Part shown: positions 23,251-34,981 of the stretch, piece after piece
Layout: each line of letters starts with the position of its first letter
Numbering within the stretch: the stretch's first letter is position 1
Assembly: GCA_032718475.1 (NCBI GenBank)
Contig: JAUCBJ010003836.1
Location: 1-45,386, forward strand
Direction of reading: 5' to 3'
Length of the DNA stretch: 45,386 nt
From: Nemertoderma westbladi
Lineage: Eukaryota > Animalia > Xenacoelomorpha
Program-made: the position numbers and the translations under genes
The notes under the pieces: generated by a model
The model's input: the letters and a program-made list of their open reading frames with translations, nothing else
Told to the model about the DNA's origin: nothing
Database searches by the model: none

Positions 23251-23514
23251 CAAAAATAACTCATTAACACTACCATTACATAAAAACTAATTGAAGCTCA
23301 TTATTCTCATGATTAAAATGTACATAATCAATCATAAAATTACAAATATACCTCGATTAAAATTTGTTCTCTGTATAAATTCTTAAAAATATTTACTACA
23401 CTTCTACCACCTTTTTATATCCTCCTTACTCCCGAACAGGTGATTAAGATCGGTTGTATAGCAACCCATTAAACCCAGTTTAATAAAAAGACACAACCCA
23501 TTATATAAACTCAC

Positions 23515-23669
23515 CATGAACATAATTCTCTCTGAAGCAGATAACGCCCGTAACTTGTACAAACCAGCAGTTACTGTCATTGAGAGTTTGAAAGAAGACG
23601 CAAGCGAGAAACTGACACAATGTCTTCACAAGTATGACCATATATGTAAAGAACATTAACGAATTCCAC
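23515..23669 (-). CDS. PIEZO: Piezo exon
   Basis: ttttacag|GTGG...CATG|gtgagt; WNSLMFFTYMVILVKTLCQFLACVFFQTLNDSNCWFVQVTGVICFRENYVH. Confidence 0.95.
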
Positions 23670-24005
23670 CTGTAAAATAATTCACAAATAATGTAATGTA
23701 TTTTATCACACTACTTGTGTCCATAGGCAAGACATTCAGACTTTAGTGGAAAACACAAACCCAACAGAAGGCCTACTAATCCTGCCGTTGTTTGGCAATT
23801 AATAAACCCTATCCCAAAAAACACATTTTGATAAAGTAAACAAAATAAATGGGTTTCCCCTAGTTAAGCATTCAAGACATTGTGAGAAATCGCTGCTAAT
23901 TAGCTAACTTAATATTTTTTTAATATAATAAATGGTGAGAGATGTCGAAAAAGGGATTAAAATGATGAAATAAAATTATAAGGTGCTTTGCCATTCAATG
24001 TGAGC

Positions 24006-24036
<31 letters not shown>

Positions 24037-24645
24037 CCCCGGTTCCAACGGTTTATTATATTACTTATATTACACAATTAAAGGTAATCATCATAAACGT
24101 ACAAATGCACAATTAAAATTCACAAAATACAAGAGCACAAATACAATTGCACTAATAAACGAAGTTATTCAAATATTATCATGCATAAACGGAATAAACA
24201 ATAAACTAATATTTTTGTGCCCAAGGGTAGCAGACCTGCAATTTGAAAATTTGACTCCACTAATTATCTATTAACACGACCTTAACAACACGAATAAAGA
24301 GGAAGAGAAAAAAAACTTTAGGGAGAAACCTTGACGACATGTAAATAATATATAATAAATAAAATTAATCTCAAAACATTTACTTAAAATCCCAGTTATG
24401 ATGTATTTTGAGTAAAGATATTTTCAAATCCACCCCATTTTTTTTTGTATGGGCCCCATGTGCTTGTCGAAACCGCATTGAAAAGCTCAAATTGATGTAG
24501 CATTAAGAGCTTATTTTTTAAATAGGTTAAATGCAGAGATGGATTTTGCGTGAAACGTTGAGAAAAGATGATATATTTTGCAAGAAAAATTATTGTATTC
24601 ACTACTTTATGTTTAGAATCCTTATACAGACCGAAAAAGAACATA

Positions 24646-25009
24646 ATATTGTAGGGGGGAGTTTGATCTTTTACAGGTGACACAAAATTAAAGTATTACC
24701 AAATATTTCGGCCTACAGGCCTTTATCAATGGATTTATAGGTATTATTGTATACACGTAAAACACACCAACGTACCGACAGGAAGGAGTACCGGTAAGTC
24801 CTGACTTTAGTCAGGACTTACCGGTACTCCTTCCTGTCGGTACGTTGGTGTGTTTTACGTGTATACAATAATACCTATAAATCCATTGATAAAGGCCTGT
24901 AGGCCGAAATATTTGGTAATACTTTAATTTTGTGTCACCTGTAAAAGATCAAACTCCCCCCTACAATATTATGATTACCCCGGTGACCTGGGCACGGAAC
25001 TACCTTATT
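24646..25009. mobile_element. Hairpin insertion, probably inverted Penelope-like pLTR ends
   Basis: Perfect palindrome 24642-24973 (165-bp arms, 2-nt loop) flanked by 13-bp direct repeat gaaaaagaacata (24633-24645, 25010-25022). Removing it restores the L1 reading KHMFFF-GLYKDSK. Confidence 0.8.
24883..24916 (+). ncRNA. Minimal hammerhead-ribozyme-like motif (mirror copy on minus strand at 24699-24732)
   Basis: cca TTGATAA a ggcc tgta ggcc GAAA tatt tgg: U3-A8 variant core, 4-bp stem II, self-complementary AATATT in place of stem III, as in Penelope-type minimal hammerheads. Confidence 0.6.
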
Positions 25010-28000
25010 GAAAAAGAACATATGCTTACGAAACACTATCGATTGTCGGGAAGCAGACAACCACCATAATCGAATTTCTTCAATAAAGGTTTTGACTTTT
25101 GTGCAGTTCCAAAACAAATGATCAATATCCTCCACATGTTCTTTGCAATATGTGCAAATATTATTATTAATTTGTCCTATTCTTGTTAGAAACTGATTTG
25201 TTGGGATTCTACGCATAACAAATTTATATTGAAACGACCTGAGTTTTGCATCAATAGTAGTCTTGAAAGGTAAAATAAATATCTGCTTCCAGTCCTCATT
25301 TGTCAGTGTGCTCTCCAAATTTAATTCCCATTGTCGAATAGATGTGGGTTTTACTTTGATTTTTTTTATTTTTTCTACTAAAGTATTGTAAGTTAAATTA
25401 GTGACCCTATTTTTGCAATTAATTAATCGAAAAGAATCTCTAAAATGTGGTCCTTGTAAACCTTGTTTCAGCAAAACTTTGATATCGTGAGGAATGGCAT
25501 CTATTAGACTCATATATTTAAAATGATCTGTTTCGGCTAAATTATATTTGTTTTTAATTTCGCAAAAGTTTAGGAATCTTTTTTCTTTTTGTTCTACTAT
25601 GTTATTCAGAGTATAAATACCTAAATCTCTCCAAGTACGCCAAAAAATAGGTCTTCCACCGATCCGAATGAGAGAATTAAACCATATTATTTGATTCATT
25701 GCATCTTCTGACGTACTCGGTGTACTAAAATTAATATTACACCAAGTTTGCATTACCTTGTTCCAAAAAGTTGATTTTAAATCTAACATACATTCGATAT
25801 CCTTTGCATTCAAATTATACTGTAAAAAATCATTCATTGAGATATTATGTGATATAGAGGTAATCCTAGAGGTAATCCTATATTGTCCGTTTTGGAGATA
25901 ATTTTTACGATCCATCGTACGTTTTGCGCCTGTATATAAGACTCTATATCCACACTTTTTAATCCACCCTCAGAATACGATGCTATTAATACTTTATTTG
26001 CTACTTTTGCCGGTTTTCCATCCCATAAAAAATTATTGATTAACTTATTTATTTGCAGTATGAGGTCAGGTGGTGGTATTTCTAAACAAGATAATTTAAA
26101 AGTTAGCTGCGGAATGGCCAGCGATTTAATTATACATATTTTTCCTAACCACGTTAGTGTAATTTTGGCCCAAAAATTTAGAATCTCGCTTATGTTTTCA
26201 ATAGCCTCCGGGTAATTCAACATGGGTATTTTTGTTATGTCGTTGCTCAGTATCACTCCTAGTACACGGAAAGGGGCACCTGGTTCCAACCATTTTAGAT
26301 TATATTCGGGACGAAGAGTTGTAGTTGATAATTTTTTATTACCTATCCACAGCACCTCTGTTTTTGTTCTATTTAATTTTAATCCAGAAATTTTACCAAA
26401 AGTGTTGAAAATACAAAACGCTTTCTGCAGGGATTTTTCACTATCACATAACTGTAAACCAAGATCGTCAGCAAACAGCGAAATTAAATTTCTGACGCCG
26501 TTGATATATATTCCTTCAATATCGTCTTCATTTCTAATAGCTATGGCTAGTATTTCTATAACTAAGAGAAATAGATACGAACTGAGAGGGTCTCCTTGTC
26601 TAAAGCCCCGTTCGGCCGAGAACGGTTGTGAGAGATAACCATCGTTCTGAATCACAAGTTTGAAGTTACTATTATATAGTATATCAAACCAAGTTAAAAA
26701 AGTTTGCGGAAAATTAAAACGATTTAAAACGTATTTAATAAAAGGCCATTCCACCGAATCATAGGCTTTTTGGAAATCCGCCATCACTAGGATTCCTCCT
26801 TGATCAACTTCATCCAGGTGTTCCATAGCGGAAATAATTTTTCGAATATTGTCACCTAGGTAACCTGTGAGGAAGCCCGACTGGTCATCGTTTATTAACG
26901 GAGATAATACATACTTCAATCTAAGAGCCAAAAGTTTTGTTAATAATTTATAATCAACATTTAGTAGTGTTATGGGCCGTCTATTGTCTAGAAATCTTGG
27001 GTCTTTATCCTTCTTTTGCGTTAAAGAAATTACCCCCTGCCGTTGTGATATGGGGAGGTCCCCTATTTTCAGGTCAGTCCAAAAGAATTTAAAAAACTCG
27101 GCTGTGAAACCATCACCACCAGGAGTTTTCCCATTGGCATAGTTTATAAAGCAGAAAGCAATTCGCCTTCAGTAATATTTTTGGAGAGATACTCCTTAGC
27201 AGTGTCACCGAGAATGGGCATGTAATTTGATATTTTGTTAAAAAACACATCGCACTCCTGTTTAAAATTATCATGCTGGCAAGGGCAAGGGATTTGTTGG
27301 AGATACGGTGTTTAACCAATGGTTCTGGTTTCATAGAAACTAGTATAAAACCGTGATTTCTTTGTCAATAAGAATAAAAACGATGAATTATTATTGTGAC
27401 CAAATCAATTCCACCCCACATTAAAACAAAAAGTAAAGGTATTTATTTCACTTCAAAGTAGACTAACAGCTATGATATAATATCATTAAAAGCAATTTAA
27501 AATAACTTTTAATTTTCATTGAAACCAACGCGTTCTTTAACGCCAAACAACGAGTTGCTTCGATTAGCTTCCTAAGTAAACTATATAAATGATTGGTTTA
27601 CATTTACAGTTGGTCTTACGAATCATATTAGTTCTTGAGTTCTCTCTATTTGGAACTCCATTTGGACGCCAAATCGGTACCGGTATCCCACTATAACCAC
27701 CCAAGCACAGGTCCACCTATGACTCAACCTTTCCCAGTTTCTATTTAACCTTCCGTTGGAAAAACGAATCCAAAAAAAACGTATCTTGATTATCTTCCTC
27801 GTATACTTGTCAAACTCCATATCGCGTTTCCCCTTAAAACTTACAAGACAATCTGTAGACTGTTGTTGTAAAAATCGAAACAACGACTAGATAGGGTAAA
27901 ATCAATTATCTAAAATGAATTAGAAGTCCAATTGGTCAAATTAATTTTATTGAAAATTTCGAGATAGGGTGTATTGCCAAACAACGGCAGAATGGGTGCC

Positions 28001-28359
28001 TGGGTATTATACTTGGGGGATAGTGTGGCGCACTCCTTAGGTAACACAGGTGCCTCCGGGTAGCCTTCGGTGTTTCGTTTTCACCAGTGACTTTACTATA
28101 TTTTGCCGGCTAATGACCCTGGATTGGAGAGACTCACAAATTAATGCCCAAACCAATAATTACTAATTACATTAATTGGACATAGCCCCTTGTTTACTTC
28201 TAATAATATGCATTCCATTCGACTATGAACTTTGTGTCTAACTATTGGGTAACATAAATACAATAGATTGACATTTTTATTATCCATTTCAGAGGGCAGA
28301 TTCATATTTATTTATTTATTGATCTTTTTCAATTCATTGTAAATATTTGAGTGACTGCA

Positions 28360-29835
28360 ATGCTTAACTGGCTTACAAGAAGTGGTACAGAACGATCTTT
28401 GTCAATAGCTAAACATCGGTGGGTTACAATAGAACCAGCTGTGGTTGCATTATGTTTTGTGTTCGGCCTTCAAAACCCCACCGACAAGGCCTATGTATAT
28501 CAGAGGTTTGCGATGTATCGAAACTTCAGCTACAATGCCTCGGGTGTTTCTGTATGCAATGTCAACACATCCTCATCCCAATACCATATCGAGGAAGAAG
28601 TTCAATCGCAAACTAGCATATTTGGAATATATCAGTCCATATCGTTGCTTCTCCCTGCAACCATTATGGGTTCATGGTTGGCCAGTCTAAGCGATCAGTA
28701 TGGGAGGAGATCTATTCTTCTGATTCCTTACATAGGCTGCGCAATCGGTTCTGTAATTTATATACTAACTGTGATCTATGAGCTGCCCCTTTATGTGCTG
28801 ATTTTTAGCAACTTTTGTTCCGGTTTTGGTGGGTATATGTCTGGTGGAGTATCGATTGCTTACAGTTATGTCGCGGACGTTACAGAACCAGGGAAACGCA
28901 GATCTCTTAGGATAGTAGTTGTTTCTGGGGCAAACGGTTCTGGTTTGGCCATGGGACCTATCCTTGGGGGTTTTCTCATACAGGAATACGGTTACCTACC
29001 TCCGTTGATTCTTATGCTGATTGTTAGTTTAACAGCATTTTTCTATGTGATGATCTTTGTCGAAGAAACTGTAATTTATGATGCTTCCAAGCAGATACTA
29101 TTTAATCCTTTGGAACCATTGCGGAAAATGACAAAAGTTATGACCAGTGGAAACCGTAAAACTATCATTTGCTTATGGGTTTATTTGGGATCAATTGTAA
29201 TTCTAGCTGGCATAGAGCTCGGCATTAGTTCTCCATTCATTCTTTATGCCATGAAATCTCCATTTTGTTTAGACCCTTTTCAAGTTGGAATTCTACAGAC
29301 CCTAAGAGGGTCTTCCTATGTGGTCAGCTTGTTTGCAGTGGTTATTTTCCAGAATTGCTTAAAAGATTTCATCATCGCTGTAATTGGCATGCTCTCCCAA
29401 CAGTCTGGTATTCTTATGATCGCTTTTTCTCAATCCTCTGTTTATCTTTATGTGGCGACGTGCGTAGAGTTCCTAAAGTGTATCGCTACCCCATTGGTAC
29501 GTTCTGCGATGTCAGAACTTATTGATTCATCAAATCAGGGTGCTTTGTTCGCTTCAATAGTATTTTTTGAATCTTGCGTTATGATGTTATCTATAGTGAC
29601 ATTCAATTACATTTACCCAGCTACTCTTGCTATTTCTGCAAACTTTGTTTTCTATCTGGGCGCAGGTATTATTACTATCCCTATTGTTTTATATTTGCTT
29701 GGATGTTTCCTGGACTACAACATGAATCATCATGCCATCGATGTTATAGAACCTCTTCTAGATGATACAGCCGAGCAAAATGTAGAGGGGTCGTGTGATC
29801 TTTTGAGAGATGATGATAAGGGAGTAATTCATTAA
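28360..29835 (+). CDS. MFS transporter, SLC46 (PCFT/SLC46A3)-like; intronless CDS nested antisense in a Piezo intron
   Basis: About 12 hydrophobic segments; TIEP, EEEVQSQTS, SLSDQYGRR (motif A), SYVADVT, LYAMKSPFC, RSAMSELI...QGALFA. First ATG at 28360; candidate 5'-UTR acceptor ccatttcag at 28292. Confidence 0.9.
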   Translation: MLNWLTRSGTERSLSIAKHRWVTIEPAVVALCFVFGLQNPTDKAYVYQRFAMYRNFSYNASGVSVCNVNTSSSQYHIEEEVQSQTSIFGIYQSISLLLPATIMGSWLASLSDQYGRRSILLIPYIGCAIGSVIYILTVIYELPLYVLIFSNFCSGFGGYMSGGVSIAYSYVADVTEPGKRRSLRIVVVSGANGSGLAMGPILGGFLIQEYGYLPPLILMLIVSLTAFFYVMIFVEETVIYDASKQILFNPLEPLRKMTKVMTSGNRKTIICLWVYLGSIVILAGIELGISSPFILYAMKSPFCLDPFQVGILQTLRGSSYVVSLFAVVIFQNCLKDFIIAVIGMLSQQSGILMIAFSQSSVYLYVATCVEFLKCIATPLVRSAMSELIDSSNQGALFASIVFFESCVMMLSIVTFNYIYPATLAISANFVFYLGAGIITIPIVLYLLGCFLDYNMNHHAIDVIEPLLDDTAEQNVEGSCDLLRDDDKGVIH

Positions 29836-30319
29836 CGAATATACTGTACAGGACTGTGTGATTGATGTATGTTGATTTTCATTCATTCTAATTGTTATGT
29901 TCTTCACTTTATTATAATTATGCCAATATATGCAAACGGTCTGCATAAGCTGCCATCCTATGGGAAGTGGTCCTTATTTGTTTACAGTTTTGCCGATTTC
30001 AAAAGAGATTTTTTTTACATCACAACAATAATAAAATCGTTCATGACCACTTCTAATTTTCTGATAGGTTGTTACTAATAAATAGTAAGTAGCTGAGTAG
30101 CCTACTCAGCAACTTCGCAAAGTGAGTACGTTAAGTTTCCCATTTTAGCCCGGTATGCCTATTTAGCCTGAACTAAAAGTCTGTATCATCATGTAATTTT
30201 TTAATTAAAGCCACTAAATTAAATCAATTCGTAACTATATTTATATAGTCATGATATATAGTCTATAAATATCTAGAAATTACCAATTGAAAGAGTGAAG
30301 GGTGGGATTTTCTAACGAA

Positions 30320-30655
30320 AACAAAACATTGTTACCAATTGTGGGAAACAAGCAGGTTACAGAGGCAGGGTTTTATAACCAAAGCAATAAACAGTATTGT
30401 TACCAATTGGGGAAAAGGAGCAGGTTAGAGAGGTAGGCTTTTATAACCAAAACAATAAACAGTGTTGTTACCAATTGGGGAAAAGGAGCAGGTTACAGAG
30501 GTAGGGTTTTATAACCAAAACAATAAACAGTGTTGTTTCCAATTGGGGAAAAGGAGCAGGTTACAGAGGTAGGCTTTTATAACCAAAATAGTAAACAATG
30601 TTGTTCCAATTGGGGGAAAGGAGCAGGTTACAGAGGTAGGCTTTTATAACCAACA
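30320..30655. repeat. 68-bp tandem repeat, ~5 copies
   Basis: ttgttaccaattggggaaaaggagcaggttacagaggtagg.ttttataaccaaaacaataaacagtg recurring at 30397, 30465, 30533 and 30601. Confidence 0.88.
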
Positions 30656-30924
30656 AAATATATACCGGTACTTTGAATCCCAATTCCAATAAAAAATAGC
30701 GATCAATTTTAGTGAAATAATGATTAATTTTAGTGGAGAATGATTAATTTTTGTGATAAAAAAAAATTTATTGTGTTAATTTTATATACATATATATATC
30801 ATTTAAACATTACCGCCCTTTTAAATCATGGCCATAGGTATAACTATAATTACATATTGAATACATGTTAATAATAAATAAATACATGTTAAATTACATA
30901 TTTATAACTGAGAAACAACAGATA

Positions 30925-31052
30925 TACACCGTGTCCTGGAATATAGATAGCCTTTATTCAATTGCCCCCCCCCCCCCCCCCATTGTTATTTTTGCTTTGA
31001 TTCTTTAGCTACAAGCCTTTGAAAACTGTCTCCGGCTATATTTTACAGGTCG
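30925..31052 (+). mobile_element. Diverged partial copy of the TIR family at 3114-3352
   Basis: tacaccgtgtcc, poly-C, atttttgct, tttagctacaag, tttgaaaa in the same order. Confidence 0.55.
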
Positions 31053-31449
31053 TTAGGGGTCGTCCTTAAATTGCGTAGGTAAACTGCATTCTACAATAAT
31101 GTGGTAGAGTCAGACTAGAGGATGACTGGCGGGGTACAAAACTGAAAGTTTTCTATTGGGTAATTAATCTACTGTACTTGATATGTTTTACTCGACAATT
31201 TTGTAATTTCACGATTTTTCAACACCCCCCGTGACAGGCCGGCAACCGGTAGCAGAGGTGCTTCCGGGTACTTTGGTACTTTATTTTTGCCGGTAATATT
31301 TCCACCAATAACTACAATGGTACTTTATTTTTGCCGGTAATATACCACCACCACTACCATATCCTTCAAAATAACCATATGCCCCTTTCCCCGCTTGATG
31401 GCGTATATAAATAAATAATATTATGGCGTTACGATTTTTTTCCACTTAC

Positions 31450-31635
31450 AATTTCTTCATCTTCGCGTGGGGTTTGATAATAAACTCCGGGCCCAACCAA
31501 AGAAAGAAGAAGGCAAAGAAAACGTAACCGGCGCAGAAGATGCTGATCCGAGTGACTCCAATGGCGATTAATAGGATGAGAGTCACCCAGAAGCAGTAGG
31601 CGAAAAGGAAGAACTTGAGTTTATCGAAAGGACAC
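31450..31635 (-). CDS. PIEZO: Piezo exon
   Basis: cccaacag|GTGT...AAATT|gtaagt; CPFDKLKFFLFAYCFWVTLILLIAIGVTRISIFCAGYVFFAFFFLWLGPEFIIKP. Confidence 0.95.
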
Positions 31636-31671
31636 CTGTTGGGATAATAAAATATACTGTACCAGTACTTA

Positions 31672-32110
31672 AGCCCGGTTTACACGTGCCGACTTTTTGA
31701 GCAACTTTTCGAGCAACTTGGTTAGTCTGATGTACAATAATGGTATCTTTAGAAACTTGGCCATTACTTAATTACTGCACAGCAGGGGGGGGGGGGGGGG
31801 GGGTACAACATTTCCCGAACAAATAAACAATCATTCTGCATTGTGCATGCATACAGAATGGACAAAACCAGTACTGTCCTTAACAATATTATAAACTTAA
31901 CCGTAAAGGCATCATCTGAGTCAAGACATGGCATAGAAGAATAGAATTCAAATGGGGGTAAACAATAAACATCAATGGAATTCTTCGCTAAAAACATATT
32001 TTATCTAATATAATTTAATTTGATTTTATCATGGTTTTCATCCACGCCTTGATCGGCAACCTGAGTTGCTGTACAAGTTGCTCTAAAAGTTGCCACGTGT
32101 AAAGCGGCGT
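31672..32110. mobile_element. PIF/Harbinger-like MITE
   Basis: TIR agcccggtttacacgtg.c.acttt..gagcaact versus agttgctc..aaagttgccacgtgtaaagcggcgt; TTA on both sides. Confidence 0.7.
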
Positions 32111-32167
32111 TTACAGAAAGTCATTTGATAAGAATTCCAGTAAATAAAGGACTATTATTCGATAAAA

Positions 32168-32393
32168 AAAAAGTAAGCGGAAAACACCGTTTTTTTCTCT
32201 CATTTTCTATTTAGTTAAATTCAACTATTCTGTCCGAGTGGATGAGTTTTATACGAGTTGGCAGGTTTTTAGCATAAGCGAAGCGAGTGTTAAAATGCCA
32301 ACGAGTGGAAATCTCAACAGACGAGGGAAGAATAACTGAATTTTGCTAAATTGAAAATGAGAGAAAAAAAGAGGTGTTTTCCGCTTACTTTTT
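32168..32393. mobile_element. Palindromic MITE-like element
   Basis: aaaaagtaagcggaaaacacc...ggtgttttccgcttacttttt; imperfect pairing continues to a central gcgaagcg. Confidence 0.75.
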
Positions 32394-33241
32394 GGTGGTA
32401 AATATAGATGAATATATAAAAAGAGTGGAAAATAGTGTTTTCGTTACGTTTTTATATCGAATATACTGTTTTGTTATATTTGAAAAAAAGAATTCTCAGC
32501 GTTATCATTGGTTACGACGTATATAACACTCTTATTAATGATCCCAACGCTTTCAGATAGATATCCTAAGATTTCTGAGGCTGTAGCTCCGAAAACATCG
32601 CGTCATCTTGCTCATTCAAATGCTAACTGTACAGTAAGCTGAAATTAGTTAAAAAAAAAAAGACTTTTTAACAAATTTTCTGGAAATTAGTGAAAAAAAG
32701 ATTAATTATTTAACTCAATTGTAAAGATATTAGAGAGAAAAAGAGCCTTTTTCAAATAAAATACAATAAATTTATCTATCAAGATGTGATAAATAAAAAT
32801 TAAGCTTTGTGAGATTAAAATAGACGTTAACTTAGCTTAACTCTAGATTTCCAACACAAATTTTACCATAATCATTCCCGATCGTACGACGCACTTTAAT
32901 GAGGATCTTTTTTTTCAGTCACATGATACATGTTTCTGTGGTGAATACTGTATGTGAAGTGAAGTGCAGTTTGTTATGAAAGTATTTGGGTAAATACCAA
33001 ACAGCCATTCCGTTTCATTGTTCGAGTTCAACCGGGAACTTGATAATGGAATCAATGCAATTCAAAGTAACACGTTCTGGATCGCAGAGGTACGTGTGCT
33101 AAATTACTAGATCCGCTGGTGTCAAATGTCAGAATTCGAAGTCATCTGAGAGTTGGAATAATTATTAAATAGTAATTATTACCAATAGTTATTATGTTAT
33201 AATAGTGATTGAATGACAAAGTACAACCAAAAGAAACTCAC

Positions 33242-33361
33242 TTATCTCTCATATAATCTGGAACCGGGTTATCCTTAATGTGCTGTTTGTCTCTATCAAC
33301 TGGTTTATTATCGCCTCCTCCATTCATCGTCCCTTCGTATTTCTTCTCTTCCTGGAATACT
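33242..33361 (-). CDS. PIEZO: Piezo exon
   Basis: ttccgtag|AGTA...GATAA|gtgagt; VFQEEKKYEGTMNGGGDNK...DNPVPDYMRD. Confidence 0.93.
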
Positions 33362-33808
33362 CTACGGAATCAATAATTCGTATGTTACAAGTAAACTGAT
33401 GTAATTATTAGTTACATAAACGAAATAAACAATCCATTTAATATTACAACCAACTTAGACCCCCAGCTGACTTCCTTCTGGGAAGTCCTCCAGTTGTAAC
33501 TGGTGCGACTAACCCAGTGATATGGGAATCTGGCTTGCTGATTGGGGAGTGGCAAGATATCAAACTTACAGGTAATAGCCAAGAGAGTTTAGACTTCAGT
33601 TTGCCGCCTGTTTTTTCGTTTTTCATAAGGAAGATGAGGCTACAAATTACATGGAAGGGTAACTAAGGGTGGGGTGGTGAGGGTACAACGCCAAGAGCAG
33701 CAGTGTTTTATTTTAAACAAAGAGAAAATAAATTTATCAACGATCATAAACTATAACTTTTAGAAGAGTATAATAATATAATAATGTTAATGGTATATTA
33801 ATAGATAC

Positions 33809-33953
33809 CTCTGTTGTAGACAAGCTAATATTAGTTGAACGAAGTCAATAACCAGAAGCGTTGATTTGGGTGGGTTTAGGTAATCTGGTAAATACATCCA
33901 TTCGGACAGATTAGGATCCATTCCTCCCTCTCCTAGTCGCATCCACGGGTATT
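33809..33953 (-). CDS. PIEZO: Piezo exon
   Basis: gctgatag|AATAC...CAGAG|gtatct; YPWMRLGEGGMDPNLSEWMYLPDYLNPPKSTLLVIDFVQLILACLQQ. Confidence 0.95.
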
Positions 33954-34667
33954 CTATCAGCCAAAGTAATATACACCAAAACTAATTAAATTTATTTAGG
34001 TATAACACTGAATGTGAGAACACCTACACCACTATATATCACAATGAAGGAAGCAATAATTATAAAAATTACGAATTTCACGAATACTGTACTCTCTAAA
34101 CACTAAATTCTAAATTCTTCCATATCCTTTTAAATATTTTAAACAAAATCGTATCATAGTACTCGTTTCTATGGTAACGTTTATATTCCCTCAAACAATA
34201 TATTTATGTATAACAGGTAACCACGGCGTTATATTTTTCGTGTTATTATTAAGCGTTATTTATATTCTTCGGAGACAATGTATTGTTGAGGCAATAGTTA
34301 ACTGCACATTCATTTCAAGTTAATATTTAAATGCAATTTTAATGTGAACCGTTTATTGTGGTTCTCTTTTACTCATTACGACTCTAATATAGCCGCCGGG
34401 GCGCAAGCCGGATAATAATAATAATAATAATATGCCCCGAAGCACAATAACAAGGCGCAATTGCCTATCACTAATTAAGTCTCTATTATTAATTAATTAA
34501 TCATCGCTTACGCTCGGATTTTAAAACGCCTCGCCTAGTAGTCTATAAAGTGCTAGAATGCATTTTATAATAGTATAGACATAAATTATTACAAAAACAA
34601 CATAAACAGAAAATTAAAAACCAAATACATTGGAAACAGATGTAAAGAAAGCAACGGATAATAAATA

Positions 34668-34798
34668 TAGTTATAAAAGTAATAATTAGTTATAAAAGTA
34701 ATAATTAGTTATAAAATTAATAATTAGTTATAAAATTAATAATTAGTTATAAAAGTAATAATTAGTTATAAAAGTAATAATTAGTTATAAAAGTAATA
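34668..34798. repeat. 19-bp tandem repeat, ~7 copies
   Basis: (tagttataaaagtaataat)n. Confidence 0.9.
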
Positions 34799-34981
34799 TA
34801 AAGGGCAATCAGTGAATCCTATACAAATGGAAGATCCATATGAATGTATACAAGATTTGCTTCAAAAGTAATTAGTAAATAACTAAGATTTAACTAAGTA
34901 AATAAGATTACCAATAATTTATTATTAGGAATTTAATTTGTATAGTTTAATGTACATTATTTTATATATTATATAATACAA

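Larger units (their letters stand above)
24009..27345 (-). mobile_element. L1/Tx1-clade LINE, 5'-truncated and degenerate ORF2
   Basis: PGGDGFTAEFFK, RPITLLNVDYK, DQSGF, DFQKAYDSV, GFRQGDPLS, LFADD, CTYC...HLFWNC; 3' UTR with AATAAA and poly(A) (T-run 24009-24036); frameshifts, stops and an insertion at 24646-25009. 5' boundary approximate. Confidence 0.93.
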
